Origin: Plasmodiophora brassicae | Lineage: Eukaryota | Direction of reading: 5' to 3' | DNA: 64,000 nt | NCBI GenBank assembly: GCA_036867785.1 | Contig: CP145413.1 | Location: forward strand, 496,001 to 560,000 | Shown: one piece after another, positions 14,172 through 26,214 of the stretch | Layout: each line of letters opens with the position of its first letter | Position numbering within the stretch: the stretch's first letter is position 1 | Made by a program: the position numbers and the translations under genes | Notes under the pieces: generated by a model | What the model was told of the DNA's origin: nothing | Seen by the model: only the letters and a program-made list of their open reading frames with translations | The model's database searches: none

Positions 14172-16249
14172 ATGTTCAAGAAGGACGTCAGCGTCAGGAA
14201 TGAGGCGCCGCTCAGCGGCTCCCGGTACCGCGCCCTGCGACAGAAGCTGGCCACCACGTATGCGCGCATGTCCAGCGCGGACTGGGAGACATTGCTGCCG
14301 CCCAAATCCACCATGTTCGTGGAGAAGACGACCGTCCACCACGTCGTCGTCTATCGCATCGAGCGCAACCCCGTCTTCTTCGACGTCAACGGCCACGGGG
14401 ACGTCGTCCTGCCGACCGTGTACACCCTGTATGCGTGGAGCGCGTCACCTGCGCGCCGTACGCTTCCTGCTGAACGCGTTGCGACAGGTGGATGTTCCCT
14501 GAGATGCTTCCCCGGATCGTTGTACCGCCCGCTGTGTACTCGCACCTGCTGTCGGGTGCGGACGTTATGTTGCCTGGTGTCCTGCACGGGTCTGACCTGC
14601 AAGGCGCGACCATCGGCGACGCCAGAGCCGTCTACGTGGCTGGCAATGACGCGGCAATCGGTGCGCCTGACCCCCTTGCCGTGTTACTTACTGCGTCTAA
14701 CGCCTCGTGTTCAGCCGTCGGCACGATTCTATTGGACGACAGGGGCATCCAGGCGGCTGCTGGCAGAGGGAAGTGCTTGCGCACGTGCCATGTGTACGGG
14801 GACGGCCTGTGGCGGCATGGGGACCGATCCGTCCCCAACGACGGCTTCGTGTCCGATGCGGTCGCACCGCTCACGACTGCTGTGGAAGAAGAGCCTGACA
14901 TTGTTGAAGCGTTCAACGACATGCTGCTGGACGTCGATGATACCGTTGCTCCCGACGAGCCTGAGGCGGAGACGGTTGATATGATTGAGGATATGAAGTC
15001 GGCTCTGGAAGCCGCCGCGCGTCACGCTCTGACCGGGTTGGACAACGGGTCGCTTCCGGTTTCGCTGGCCGATATCCAGCAACTAATTCTCGACCGGGAC
15101 GACCGCCTGGACGTGAAGCAGACGCCGTACCGGACCTGGGACATGCTGTTCAAAGCGTTCGCGCGACGTGGCCTTATGAAATGCAAAGACGTCCGCGGCG
15201 AACCGTCTATCGTGTCCATTAACCATCAGCACCAGGACCTGAAAACCACGGTGGACGATGAGCCAGAAGACGTCGACAACGGGGACGACGCCGGCGAGCT
15301 CGAGAACGCGATCGACGAGGCACTCCTCAGAGCGTTGGCCACCCGAGTCACTGCAGGCGACCTTCCCCTGACCGCGTCGGCGCTGACAGAGCACATGCGG
15401 GCGTGCTGGACGGGGGCGGGCGATCTGCAGATCAAATCGTCGCGTTACAAGACGTTCCCGAAGCTGTTCAAGGCGTTCGCCAAGCGCGGCCTGATCAAGG
15501 TCAAGGACCAGAAATCGTCGCTGGCGATTACGTCGGTGAACGCCTCGCACCCGGACATCGTCCGGTTCACGGCATCGTCATCGCAGGAGGCGAACGCGGC
15601 ACCCGCGCGTCGTCAACAACGTCGTGATGACCTGAGCAAGATCCGCGTCGTTACCATGTTCGAGCCGACGAAACGGATCCGGTTCCTGTTCGGGGCGGCG
15701 CCGTCTCGGAACCTGGTCACCATGGGCGACGCTCGCGGTCGACTCATGCGGTACCTCGACGAGGAAGGCCTGCGGGACGATGGCGGGCAGGCGCGCTTGA
15801 ACCCGGTCCTGGCCGATGCGCTGTGGCACGGTGTCGCTGACGCCGAGTGCCCGTCCGTCGTCCCGATGAAAACGCTGTTCGAACATTTCGAGCGGCAGCT
15901 GACGATGCACACGGCCATTGATCTCGGCGACGGCGTTCAGCCCAAGTTCAAGAAAGGGCAGCCGCCGACGATCGAGGTGCTCGTCGAGCGCGCCGGGTCG
16001 AACCGGCTGCGAACGCGGGTGAAGAACCTGGAACCGTTCGGCATCGACCCGGGCGACATGGCGCGCTCCGGGCAGAAACTGTTCGCCACGTCCACGACCG
16101 TCAAACCGGTCGCCGGGAAGGCGTCCCCGGCCGCGTCCGAGGTCCTCATCCAGGGACGCGTCGACAAGGAGGTCTGCGCCTACCTGAAAGACGTGCTCCG
16201 CGTCCCTGCCAACCTGGTCACCGTCGTCCGGAAGGATGTGAAATCATGA
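14172..16249 (+). CDS. EIF2D: Translation initiation factor eIF2D (ligatin): PUA, winged-helix, SWIB and SUI1 domains
   Basis: MFKKDVSV start, LPTVYTL, LLSGADVMLPGV, GKCLRTCHVYGDGLW, IKSSRYK; SUI1-like C-terminus (TRVKNLEPFGID...EVLIQG). Confidence 0.9.
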
Positions 16250-16438
16250 ACGCCCGGCACCGGTTACGCAGCGTGGCCCATGACTGGCGCAAGTTCTGGC
16301 GGTCGCACCTTGTTGAGCTGCAGTCGCGCACTTCGCAGTTTCTCTGTTGCGTGGGGCGGGCCGCCTTGTTTCTATGGTTAGGCGCCCCTGCGGTAGTCGA
16401 TCGACGCGATCGATAAGAGGTACTACTGCTAGGCGGAG

Positions 16439-17203
16439 ATGGCGCCAGGGAGCCGTGGCGATGGGTCCAAAGCCGCCATCGCGGCGCTCCGTGCGCTTCA
16501 GGCGCGCCTGGAAGAGCTGGAGGCCGACAGGGAACGCGCGTTCGAACGCACGCGCGACGCCCAGCAGTCGACGTCGAGTGAGCTGGTGGCGCTGCGCGAC
16601 AAGTACGAGCGGAACGTGGAGGACCTGCAAGCGGAGCTCGACGCGTGCCGGAGGCGACTGGAGGCGGAGCGTCGAGCGCACGCGAAACAGATCTCTGAGC
16701 TTCGCGAGCAGATCGTGCGGATGGCACGGGACACGCAACAGGCGACCGACGCACTGGACGTCGCCAATGAGAAGCTCAGCCGGGTGCGCGTCGACGTGAC
16801 GACAATGACGGAGGCGGCGCCACGACCCTGGACCGCGAGGAGCCGATTGTCCAAAGCCAAGACGCGCCGAGCCAAGGCGGCGCGTCCGTCGGTGCCGTTC
16901 ATCCCGGGCGGGGCGCGTTCGAAATCGCATTCGCTGACGGCGACGGTGCAGTCGGCGCTGGCGACGGCGTCGAAGAAGGGGACGACGGATGAGGAAACGG
17001 CCAGGAAGCTGTCGGACCTGCTGGCGTCGGTCGACCTGGCCATGTCGCAGCTGAACCGGGCCGTGCAGAGGCGGATCGACAAGGCGCGCCGACGCAGCCG
17101 TTCGCCCGACGCGCAACGCTCGTACGAGAACAAGGTCAGGATGCTGTCCATCCTCCGGCAGTACAAAGCCGACGTGTTCGGCGAGGAGCAACCTTGTCTA
17201 TGA
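16439..17203 (+). CDS. CEP57/translokin-like coiled-coil protein
   Basis: SKAAIAALRALQARLEELEADR (Cep57 N-terminal coiled coil) and VPFIPGGARSKSHSLTATVQSAL (Cep57-type PF..G.S..SHS..ANVQ motif). Confidence 0.7.
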   Translation: MAPGSRGDGSKAAIAALRALQARLEELEADRERAFERTRDAQQSTSSELVALRDKYERNVEDLQAELDACRRRLEAERRAHAKQISELREQIVRMARDTQQATDALDVANEKLSRVRVDVTTMTEAAPRPWTARSRLSKAKTRRAKAARPSVPFIPGGARSKSHSLTATVQSALATASKKGTTDEETARKLSDLLASVDLAMSQLNRAVQRRIDKARRRSRSPDAQRSYENKVRMLSILRQYKADVFGEEQPCL

Positions 17204-17238
17204 AGTCGGGCAGCGTTTTATAACGATGATTCCCTGGA

Positions 17239-19093
17239 TCAGATCGACAGGCCCCGCCGGATGATGTTCGTCAGCGGGTACGTCCCCTTGGTGTCGCAGT
17301 TGACGGTCCAGATGAAGATGCCTTTGAGGCCGTGTCCCTATGCGGCACGTGAGCAACGGCGGCGTGACGTTGACATCGGGGCCGGACCCTCAGCCAGTGG
17401 ACTTGTGCGGCGACGTCGTCAGCGCTATCGTACGTGTACAGGACGCCGCCGCGGCAGAAGTACGAGGTGGCAGTGTTCGCGTCGTGGTACTCGACCAGGT
17501 TGGCATCGGTGGCTAGCGCGTCCACCACCTCGCTGTACAGGAGCTCCTCGGTGAAGCCGAGTGCCGCTTGCCCATAGGCACACGTCGATCCAGGCGCGAG
17601 CTTGAACGCTGGTGGCGCAGACAGCGGTCAGCGGACGGCCGACGACACCCATCGGGCACCGACGCCGACCTTTGGCGAACAGGCCGAGGCCGGCGACGAT
17701 CTTGTCGGCGGGCACCATGTCGAACTGGAACAACGACTCCTGGATGTCACCTGCGGCAGGACACGCCAATCAGCAGGAAGGAACCGCCGATCCGAGAGAG
17801 AGCAGCAGCAGCAGCAGCAGGCGTACCGGCGATGCGGTTGTTGTACAGAGCGGAATGGGGCGCCGTCGTCGTCGAGATGCTGTAGTGAAGTTCATCTGGC
17901 GGCCAGTGATCAGCGTCGCAAACGGGAGAGCAGATGGGCGCGCGCATGCCCATACAAAGCATGATGTTGATCCAGTCGACGTGGTTGTGCAGCCTGGCCA
18001 GGTCGTACCCGTATGCAATCAGCCTGTTCGCATCGCTGTCAGCAGACGCCGCAACGATGCCTGGGGAACCCGCCGGGGTACGATGGCGATGGGATCAGCG
18101 CCAGCGTGCACAGCATCCTGGGGTTGCCCGCACGCTCATCGGCGTCCAGCGCTTCGTGGATCTCGGCCAGCAGCATCACGAAGTTCGCCTTGTCGTCCGG
18201 CAGCCCTCCGAGCTTCGGGTCCCCCGGGAACTCCCCTGGGACATGCTCCCGTTAGCCCAAGCCGCCACGACGGCGGCGACGAATGGGCGCCCACAGTCGA
18301 TGTCGAACCCGTCGAAAGCGTGCAGGCGCACCCAGGCCATCAAGTTGGCGATGAACGTCGCCCGGTTCTCTCTCGTGGACACCATCGTCGACAGGACGTT
18401 CTGCGTCGGCGACCCGGCCGCGTTCTGTGCCGGACCGCCGATCGAGAGGAGCACCTTGACGTCCGGGTTCTTCCTCTTGGCCTAGACAACGCCCCGATGT
18501 CTGACAAGCATGGGACGGTCGAGACCTCGCCGGTTTACCGATGTGATGATGCGACGGTACATGCCCTGCTCCGGGTTGGCCACGTTGACATCCACAGCGC
18601 TGTCGGGGAAGATCTGGAAGTTGGCATCGACCCGGGCGAACGTGTAAACGATGTGCGTTAGCAGATCGGCGGGGATGTCCTCGGGCGGGGTCACCGCCAG
18701 GAACGCCATCGACCAGTAGGCGAGCAGGACGCCACCGGTCGAACGGCTGACCACGTTCGCGACATGCGGGTCCGGCTTCGCGTCCAACACCAGTTCGCCT
18801 TCGACGTCGCTCAGGCGCGGGAACACGAATTGCCCGGGTGCACATTCCAACGTGCTACAGCACGACGACGTCATCAGCGGTCGGTCGGTAACGACGCGAG
18901 ACGTACCATGCTCCACCACTGTTGCAGCAGAACCCAGGAGGGCAACCATACCCTGGAGGGCTAAACGCTGGCGTCAGTCGGCGCGGCACGTGTGTGACAC
19001 CTCGTACCAGAGAAGGTCGCCGTTCAGTGGCAGGCGAGGCACCCTGCCCGCATCGGCCAGCCCGGCCACGAGTAACGCGGCGATAACCAGCAT
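17239..19093 (-). CDS. Secreted GH18 chitinase with Cys-rich CBM18/hevein-like N-terminal segment, multi-exon
   Basis: Signal peptide MLVIAALLVAGLADA; GCPPGFCCNSGGAW; LTHIVYTFA; KVLLSIGG; catalytic FDGFDID|WE intact across an intron; VDWINIML; YTYDS; KGIFIW. Confidence 0.88.
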
Positions 19094-19443
19094 GGGACCG
19101 CCGCAAGGAACAAGTTCAAACCCAATGTGAAGTGGACCGCTGTGAACAGTGACGAAATCTGGCTGGCCCGCTGACCGACTGTGCCTCGTCCAGGAAATAT
19201 CTTCACAGCCGCCTGCCACGATGTGCAACGCTACCGGCAATTTCGGTTTCATACGCCCATATGGGGTCAGGGAAAGCTAAACGCGACACTGAGCGCCTGC
19301 TGTTGGAAGATCCACGCGTCACTGTACAGAAAGAACGGTCGACAGCGGCGTGACTCACGACTGTTCTGTTTCAGTTCGGCTTCCGCCGGCACAGCCCACC
19401 ATGGCCGTGCTTCAAAGTTCAAACGCTGACGAAACCAGGAACC

Positions 19444-20331
19444 ATGGTGACCGCGTCGTCTCGCCTTGCCGTTGTTGTCGCATTCCTGCTGGTCAGCGTG
19501 TACGCTGACGCTGACGTGGATGACGAGCTTCGCGACGAGGTCGACGAGGAGCTCGACCACGAGCGCCACCACCATCACCCGCTGTCCAACAGGACAATGT
19601 CGTTCATGGTGAAAGAGGGCGACGAACGGGTCGTCGAGTGCCCCGGCGGGGAGTTCACCAAGCTGGTCTTCGCCGGGTATGGCCGCCAAACCTACAGCAA
19701 CGCCACTGGGAAGTTCGCCATCGACCCGAAGTACAACTGCAACTCGGAATCGTCGCGATGGGTCGTCGCCCAGCTGTGCCGCCAACGCTCCCGCTGTGCT
19801 CTGCATGCCACAAACAAGCATTTCGGCGACCCGTGTCAAGGCGTACCGAAGACGTTGGCCGTCTCCCTCGTCTGCACAAGCGCCGTCCCGACCCCGACCC
19901 AAGCCAGCGTCATGCGGCAGCAACAATCGCGATCGATAGCAAAGCAATCGCCTGGGACCGGAGAAGCACCCGCGAACGCCACGCAGGGGCCTGCGAGCAA
20001 TGGGCCGAGTGGAAGCACGACAACGATGACGACGCCCCCGTCCACGCGAATGTTCACTTTGAAGGAGAACGAACAGCAGACGGTGTCGTGCGGGACGGGC
20101 GTGTTCAAGGAGGTCGTTTGGGCCGGGTACGGGCGCCAGGTCAGCGACTCGCAGAAGATGACGGCTGCTGTCGACCCGGCGTACAATTGCACAGCGGCCT
20201 TGTCGGCGGACGTGGTCAAGACGGCATGCGTTGGGAAGCCATCGTGTACGCTGACGGCCTCCAATGCTGTGTTCGGGGACCCCTGCGTCGGTGTCGTCAA
20301 GACGCTCACTGCCGTGATGACATGCGCCTAG
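19444..20331 (+). CDS. Secreted protein with two SUEL/galactose-rhamnose-binding lectin domains
   Basis: Signal peptide; two domains, each with AGYGR...C...C...FGDPC.GV.KTL...C; S/T/P-rich linker; intronless. Confidence 0.9.
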   Translation: MVTASSRLAVVVAFLLVSVYADADVDDELRDEVDEELDHERHHHHPLSNRTMSFMVKEGDERVVECPGGEFTKLVFAGYGRQTYSNATGKFAIDPKYNCNSESSRWVVAQLCRQRSRCALHATNKHFGDPCQGVPKTLAVSLVCTSAVPTPTQASVMRQQQSRSIAKQSPGTGEAPANATQGPASNGPSGSTTTMTTPPSTRMFTLKENEQQTVSCGTGVFKEVVWAGYGRQVSDSQKMTAAVDPAYNCTAALSADVVKTACVGKPSCTLTASNAVFGDPCVGVVKTLTAVMTCA

Positions 20332-20405
20332 AAACAACCCGTTACCAACAAGTTCGAAGGATTGAATGACCAACCGTCGGTGTGTAGTGTATGTACAACG
20401 TCGAG

Positions 20406-22787
20406 CTAGCTCCAAATGTCTTGAACGTAGCGATGCTCGGCCATTAGGACGGACAGAAAGCGTTTGGCAGAGTCAGTGTCCATGCCGGCATGCCCGGCGA
20501 GAACGTCGACGACGAACGTGTTCTGGACGTCCTTCGCCATCTGGGCGCCGTCACCGCAGACGTATACGACGGCGTCTCGATCGATGATCATTTCCGCCAT
20601 CAGTTTCGCGTGTTCGCGAAGCCGATGCGTCACGTAGACGACGTCTTCCGGATCGTCACGGGAGAATGCAGTGATCAGATTAGACAGCGTTCCCTGAGAA
20701 GCACGTTAGGTCCATGCCGGAAGTACGGAAGTCGGCGTACATCGTCAACGAATTGCTCCAAGTCTTTCCTGTAGATAAAGTCGAGCTCACGATGACGACA
20801 GCCGAAGAAGAGATACGATTCGCCGCTGGTGCAGTGACTCCGCTCAACGTCGTCGACGGGTTCGTCGGGAATCGTGATGTCGCATCCTCGCCAGAGTCCA
20901 TGGCCTGATGAACGACGTTGCGCACGACGATGTTGAAGGAACCCTCGGAACGGAGCCACGCCAGTACCAGGCCCGATCATGATTATAGGACGGTGCAGTG
21001 AATCCGGGAGCACGAACCATTGCGACCTGTAAACCCCGATCCAGTGAGATCTGGCAAAGCACTCAGGTTACGGAAAGTACGCAAGCTACCTGCGAAGAAA
21101 GGCAGGGACGGCAACTCTAGGATGCCGATCGGAGGTAACTTTACATCCAGGAGGCAGCGAGGTTGAAACGTCTCCCAGCAGACCGGCCGCCAAGCAAAGG
21201 TCATGCATCCAAGACGAGCACAGACCGTCAGGAAGGACGGTGAAAGCGATATGCGCTCTACAAGGCTAGGGTCAGTTGGGCGGATCGACGCAACAAAGCA
21301 AAGATATACGAGGATGGGTGGCAGATTGGGGAGGACGAAATTGAGTAATAGCGAGGCTTCAGTGACGGAAGTTGATCCAGGAGAGAAACAATTGGTGGAC
21401 GACACGATGGGAACTTCCTGAGAAGCGCGTCGAGAGAAAGCAACCGTTCAGCATCGTCAAGCCTACCTTACCCTGATAAGACATCCAATTGAAACGCTAC
21501 GTCTGTGAACTTACCTGAGAATAGCATCGCGTTCGTCTTGCACCGAGCAATGCGCGGCAAGCATTTTGATGAACGATTTCTTGAGGGGTGACCTCAGATC
21601 ACAGCAGTACAGCAATACATCACGAATCGAGCATGGGGACGGAAGATGTGAGCGCTGTTTTGACTCAATTTTAAACACGCGGCTGCCGTCTCCAAGACCA
21701 AGCTGTTCCAGCACTGTGTCGACGGCCTGATACTACGTTAGATGTGTCTGATAACGCAAGAGCAGACAAGAGACCTTCGGCGAATTGGGACAGTAGATAC
21801 CAAGAACATCCCCTGGATTGTAGGAGAGCCCGCGATATTCGTTAGGGATCGAAAGCTCACAATGGAGAACCTGGCGTAGGAAATGTAAGAGCAAGCTCGC
21901 TGAAAGATGAAGATCATTACCGTCTTCTTCGATGACGGGGCTGTCAAGTATTCGGCATGACATATCTCGGACCAGAATGGGGATTCTGGTGTGTACCCTC
22001 GTAACAGGAGTTCGGTTTCGTCGACACGCCAGCGCCACAATGATCCTTCTTTAAGATAGTCGGTCGAGTCATCGGCCCAAGACAGCACCAATTCAGGTTG
22101 TGCATTCGCTCGTCGTTTTGCTAGCAGCAGCTTCGCCTTCGATTTCGGTGACGGTTCCGTCGAGGGCGGTACGATGGTGTCATGGGGTGCCAGCTGTGCT
22201 GCAGGCGGCGAAATTGCAACACCCTCGTTGTTTAAAAGCGCACGACAGGCTTCCACAACTAGCCGAACGTAAGGCTCGACTGTCTTCTCAAGGCCAGTAG
22301 CCTCGTCTGCAAACGCGGACGGCACGAAGCGGATGGCCCCGATCGCATCCAGACGAGCATCAATGGTTTTGCCACAGTTGCAGAACTGGTCATAATTGCT
22401 GTCACCAAGTCCTAGCACTGAGTACGACAGCTTTCCTGCTAGGGACGCCTTATGCCGTCTGAGTTTTCTCCAGAATTTGTGTGCGTTATCCGGCGCCTGC
22501 GTTTGAACAGATTAGATGGACTTAATCGATTATCCAAATCACGAACCTCGCCGTTCCCAGTGGTCGACGTGATGATAACAATGACGCGCTCTTCAGAAAG
22601 CTGATTGATATCGTCACTGTGACTCTTCATCCTGACCAATGTCATCAGAACCCGACACAGAAACAATGCCGGATATGGGTCCGAACCAGTCATCCATTGA
22701 CATCACTGCAACGCCGCCAACTTCGCTGCCGATGCGTCTGGCAATATCCTCGGCATTGCCCGTCTGCGATCCAAACAGGATAGACAT
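20406..22787 (-). CDS. MTRR: Diflavin oxidoreductase, most like methionine synthase reductase, multi-exon
   Basis: LFGSQTGNAEDIA, STTGNG, LGLGDSNYDQFCNCGKTID, PRYYSISSS, IMIGPGTGVAPFRGFLQHR, LFFGCR, YVCGDGAQMAKDV; ends RYVQDIWS; no N-terminal membrane anchor. Confidence 0.8.
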
Positions 22788-22952
22788 AATAATTGAACCG
22801 CTCAGATGGTGACGGCGTGACGACGTTATGGCGCCGCGTTACCGGCCAGGCACGGACTCCGTGGCGGCCTTCGCCGAAACTCCGTCGCTGATCGGCGCAG
22901 CAGTCAATCGCCACGCGCTAGCCAGACTGCACTGTCGTCGAGCACTGCAGCC

Positions 22953-24122
22953 ATGTCGCATCAGACGACCAGCGATGCCGATATCGTGCGGCAGGTTGAG
23001 TTCTACTTCAGTGACAGCAACCTGAGGCGCGATAAGTTCATGAAGGAGACGCTCAAGCAGAACGACGGCTCGATGCCCGTTTCGGTCCTGTTGACGTTCA
23101 AGAAAGTGCAGGCGATGACGTCTTCCGTTGAGGCCATTGCGAACGCGATTCGCAGCGGCTCAGAGGCGCTAAAGGTCTCCGAAGACGGCACAGCAATCTC
23201 TCGAGCCACTCCATTCTCGGAAGAGTCTCTGGACCAGGCGGATTTTGACGCGCGAACCGTCTACGTGAACCATGTTCCGATGGATGCCACGATCGACTCC
23301 CTGACTGAGACCATGTCTGCTTTCGGGAAGGTCAACATGGTTCGTATTCCAAAGGCAACCGATGAGGGACGACCTCATCGTGGGTTCGCATTCGTCGAGT
23401 TCGCTGATGTCGCTTCGGTCGCCAAAGCCGTCGAGGCTCTACCAAAGAAGTCAGCCCGGAAAGTAGAATCCGAGGAGGCCCAGGAAAACGAGAAGCCTGA
23501 GAATGCTGCTGAGGAACAGGGAGAGACTACTCCAGCTGAAGCTGACAAGAGGGACGACGTCAAGGCAATGTACGCTCTTTCGCATGCTGACTGGAAGAAG
23601 GTCGACGAAAAGAGGAAAAAGGAGAGGGCGCTGAAGACCCAGGATGCTGCACAGCCCGAGAAGGTTCACGAAAAGGACCGATTGGTGCGCATCACCGGCG
23701 ATCTGTCCGGCGCCAAACGAGAGGCGCTTCATTCTCTGTTCACGCCGATCGGCGACGTCAAGTTCGTCGATTTCCCGCCTTCGTCCGAGTTCGCCACGAT
23801 CCGTTTCGCGACCGCCGAAATCGCCAAGAACGTCGTCGAGAAGGTATCCGAGGGCAATGTCAAATTCGGCGAGAACGTGCTGTCCGCTGCGCTCCTGACC
23901 GAGGAAGAGCAGGAGGCGTACTGGAAGAAGGTCGAGGAGGACAAGGCTGCCCGGGACATCGCACGGCAGACGGGACGTCGCGATAAACGCCAAGGCAACA
24001 AGCACCAGGGCAAGCGCAAGCGGGCCGACACTGCCGCTGAGGAACCCACCAACAAGGCCGCAAAGACGACGACCACCGACGGCGACGTCGACGCCGCCCC
24101 TGCCGCCAGCGAGTCTGCCTGA
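22953..24122 (+). CDS. La (SSB) RNA-binding protein: La motif, RRM1 and C-terminal RRM2
   Basis: IVRQVEFYFSDSNLRRDKFM; RNP1 RGFAFVEF; RRM2 ending EEEQEAYWKKV; intronless. A LARP7-type paralogue is not excluded. Confidence 0.88.
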   Translation: MSHQTTSDADIVRQVEFYFSDSNLRRDKFMKETLKQNDGSMPVSVLLTFKKVQAMTSSVEAIANAIRSGSEALKVSEDGTAISRATPFSEESLDQADFDARTVYVNHVPMDATIDSLTETMSAFGKVNMVRIPKATDEGRPHRGFAFVEFADVASVAKAVEALPKKSARKVESEEAQENEKPENAAEEQGETTPAEADKRDDVKAMYALSHADWKKVDEKRKKERALKTQDAAQPEKVHEKDRLVRITGDLSGAKREALHSLFTPIGDVKFVDFPPSSEFATIRFATAEIAKNVVEKVSEGNVKFGENVLSAALLTEEEQEAYWKKVEEDKAARDIARQTGRRDKRQGNKHQGKRKRADTAAEEPTNKAAKTTTTDGDVDAAPAASESA

Positions 24123-24348
24123 CCAGAACCGTCCCTAAAATCATTCTGATGTCAGACGACGACGTGTCGCACTACTGTCTCTGTAGTGCCCCGGCAGCCC
24201 CGATGCTGCGTAGGTAGTTCTGACTGTGGGATGGGAACGTACTCGTCAATCAGTGTTACAGCAGTCAGTCGGGGGGAGGCGTCGGCGGCAGGCCGTTTAA
24301 TTTGACAACGACCCGACGACAACGTCATTTTTCATTTTGGTCTTGTGG

Positions 24349-26071
24349 ATGGGGGATGATGATCGTCGGGCGGCGGTGGATGATGCGGCGCCCCTGTTGG
24401 ACGGTGTGTCGTCGAGGGCGGCACCCGAACGCAGGTCGATACCGGTCGGGCGTGCATTGTCAGTTGTGACCTGCGGGATTGTCGCAGTGGTGGTCGTCGT
24501 GCTTGTCACGCTGGTGCCCGGGCGCCGTGGTTCGCCTCCACATTGTCTGGTTGTCGTGTCGCTTGATGGATTCCGGTATGACTATCTCAAGCATCTGCCG
24601 CCGGACAGCGCATTGCAACGTCTCGCTGCTGAGGGCGTTCACGTCAACCGCTTACGGCCCGTGTTTCCATCAAAGACATTTCCGAATCATTATACACTCG
24701 TCACTGGTGTGTTTCCGGAAACACATGGGTGCGTGCTAGCGGATAGCGGTCTGCTTCCGGCACTGAGTCATGTGCAGAATCGTAGGGAACCATTTCTTCG
24801 ACCCAACGGATTCAACATGGTTTACAATGGGAAGTACAGAAAGTAAGTGGTGGGGAGCCGAACCCATCTGGGTTACAGCGGAATTACAACGTCGCCAAGC
24901 GAATGTCTTCTTCTGGCCGGGATCTTCGGCTGTCATCAAAGGCGTATCACCAACCGTCACGTTTCCGGTATCGTCCCTCTCTTTCTGTAGTTAGACGACG
25001 CTGACATTCGCCGCTACTACATAGTATAATGAGTCAGTCACTTTCGAGGAGCGAATTGACCGCGCGAGAGAATGGGTGGGCCAGGGTGTTCAAAGGCCAC
25101 CTCTGATCATGGTGTACCTTTCGGAGCCGGACGCTTCTGGACACGAGTAGGGTCGGCAGACTAGCTGAATTGGCGCTTGCGTAACATGACTTCCAGATAT
25201 GGCCCAGATTCAGAGCAGACAATCTCTGCCATTCATCGCGCCGATTCGATGATCTCCCGATTGATTGATGGGTTGGATAGGACCAACGTGGATTTGCTCA
25301 TCGTTAGGTAACGCCAAGCGCTGCTCCAGCAAACCGGATGTCTCTGACACAGGCTGGCCGTCCAGTGACCATGGAATGGTAAACATCGGAGACTCACCTG
25401 ACAAGATCATCGACCTCGACAAATTTCTCCATGTCCCGATCCCAAACCGGCTTCGGGTGGCGGCTTGCACTCCCGAGTTGCAGATCTACCCTGATGCCGA
25501 CCTGATACCTGAGATAGTGCAAAACCTCAGCGCTGCTGTTAAGCAGTATCCGAACATTAAGGTGTACCGGAAAGAAGAGGTTGCTGGTCGCATGTGACTG
25601 GGTCCCGTTGTGAGCAACGCTGACCAGCGCGCAATCAGATTCCTCGCCGTTTCCAATATCGAGACAACGCTCGGATTGCTCCTTTCGTAGTCGTTGCCGA
25701 TGTTGGATACAAGATTGTTGGAAAGTGTATCGCCCCTCGGATGGCCGGTGCACTTTATCGGATTCTGAATCGTATCCCTGGAAACAGCGTTCGGCTGTCC
25801 CGACGATGGCTTACGAGGAGGGCATGGGTTCGACAATGACGATCCACGCATGGGCGGCATCCTGATTGGCGTTGGACCGTCTTTCGAAGAACGAAAACAG
25901 GTACCGATCCTGAACAACACCGAGGTCACTCCTGCGCGGACCATGCGCGCCTGCCTGCATACCTGACGGTATCCTCAGGTCTACGAGACCATGTGCCGGA
26001 TTCTCGAAATTGTTCCCGCGCCAAACAACGGGACCCGCTCCGGTATCGACAGCCTCTTGAAGCACACATGA
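24349..26071 (+). CDS. Type II membrane nucleotide pyrophosphatase/phosphodiesterase (ENPP family), multi-exon
   Basis: VSLDGFRYDYL, PVFPSKTFPNHYTLVTG, WWGAEPIW, FWPGS, EPDASGH, SDHGM, GGHGFDN, APNNGT. Confidence 0.92.
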
Positions 26072-26214
26072 GCCCATTTGTTCCCTAATAAACTGTCCAA
26101 TGCAAACGCCGTCTACGAATTCGTTGCTGCTGCGTCACGCTGGCGCTTAGGTACAACTGCGCGTCGGGTGTCGGGGAAACTCCGTTGGACCTGGCCCGGT
26201 GAGCGCGGCCAGCA

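Noticed and set aside
17801-17821. (CAG)n microsatellite
   Set aside because: Short simple repeat, apparently within a chitinase intron
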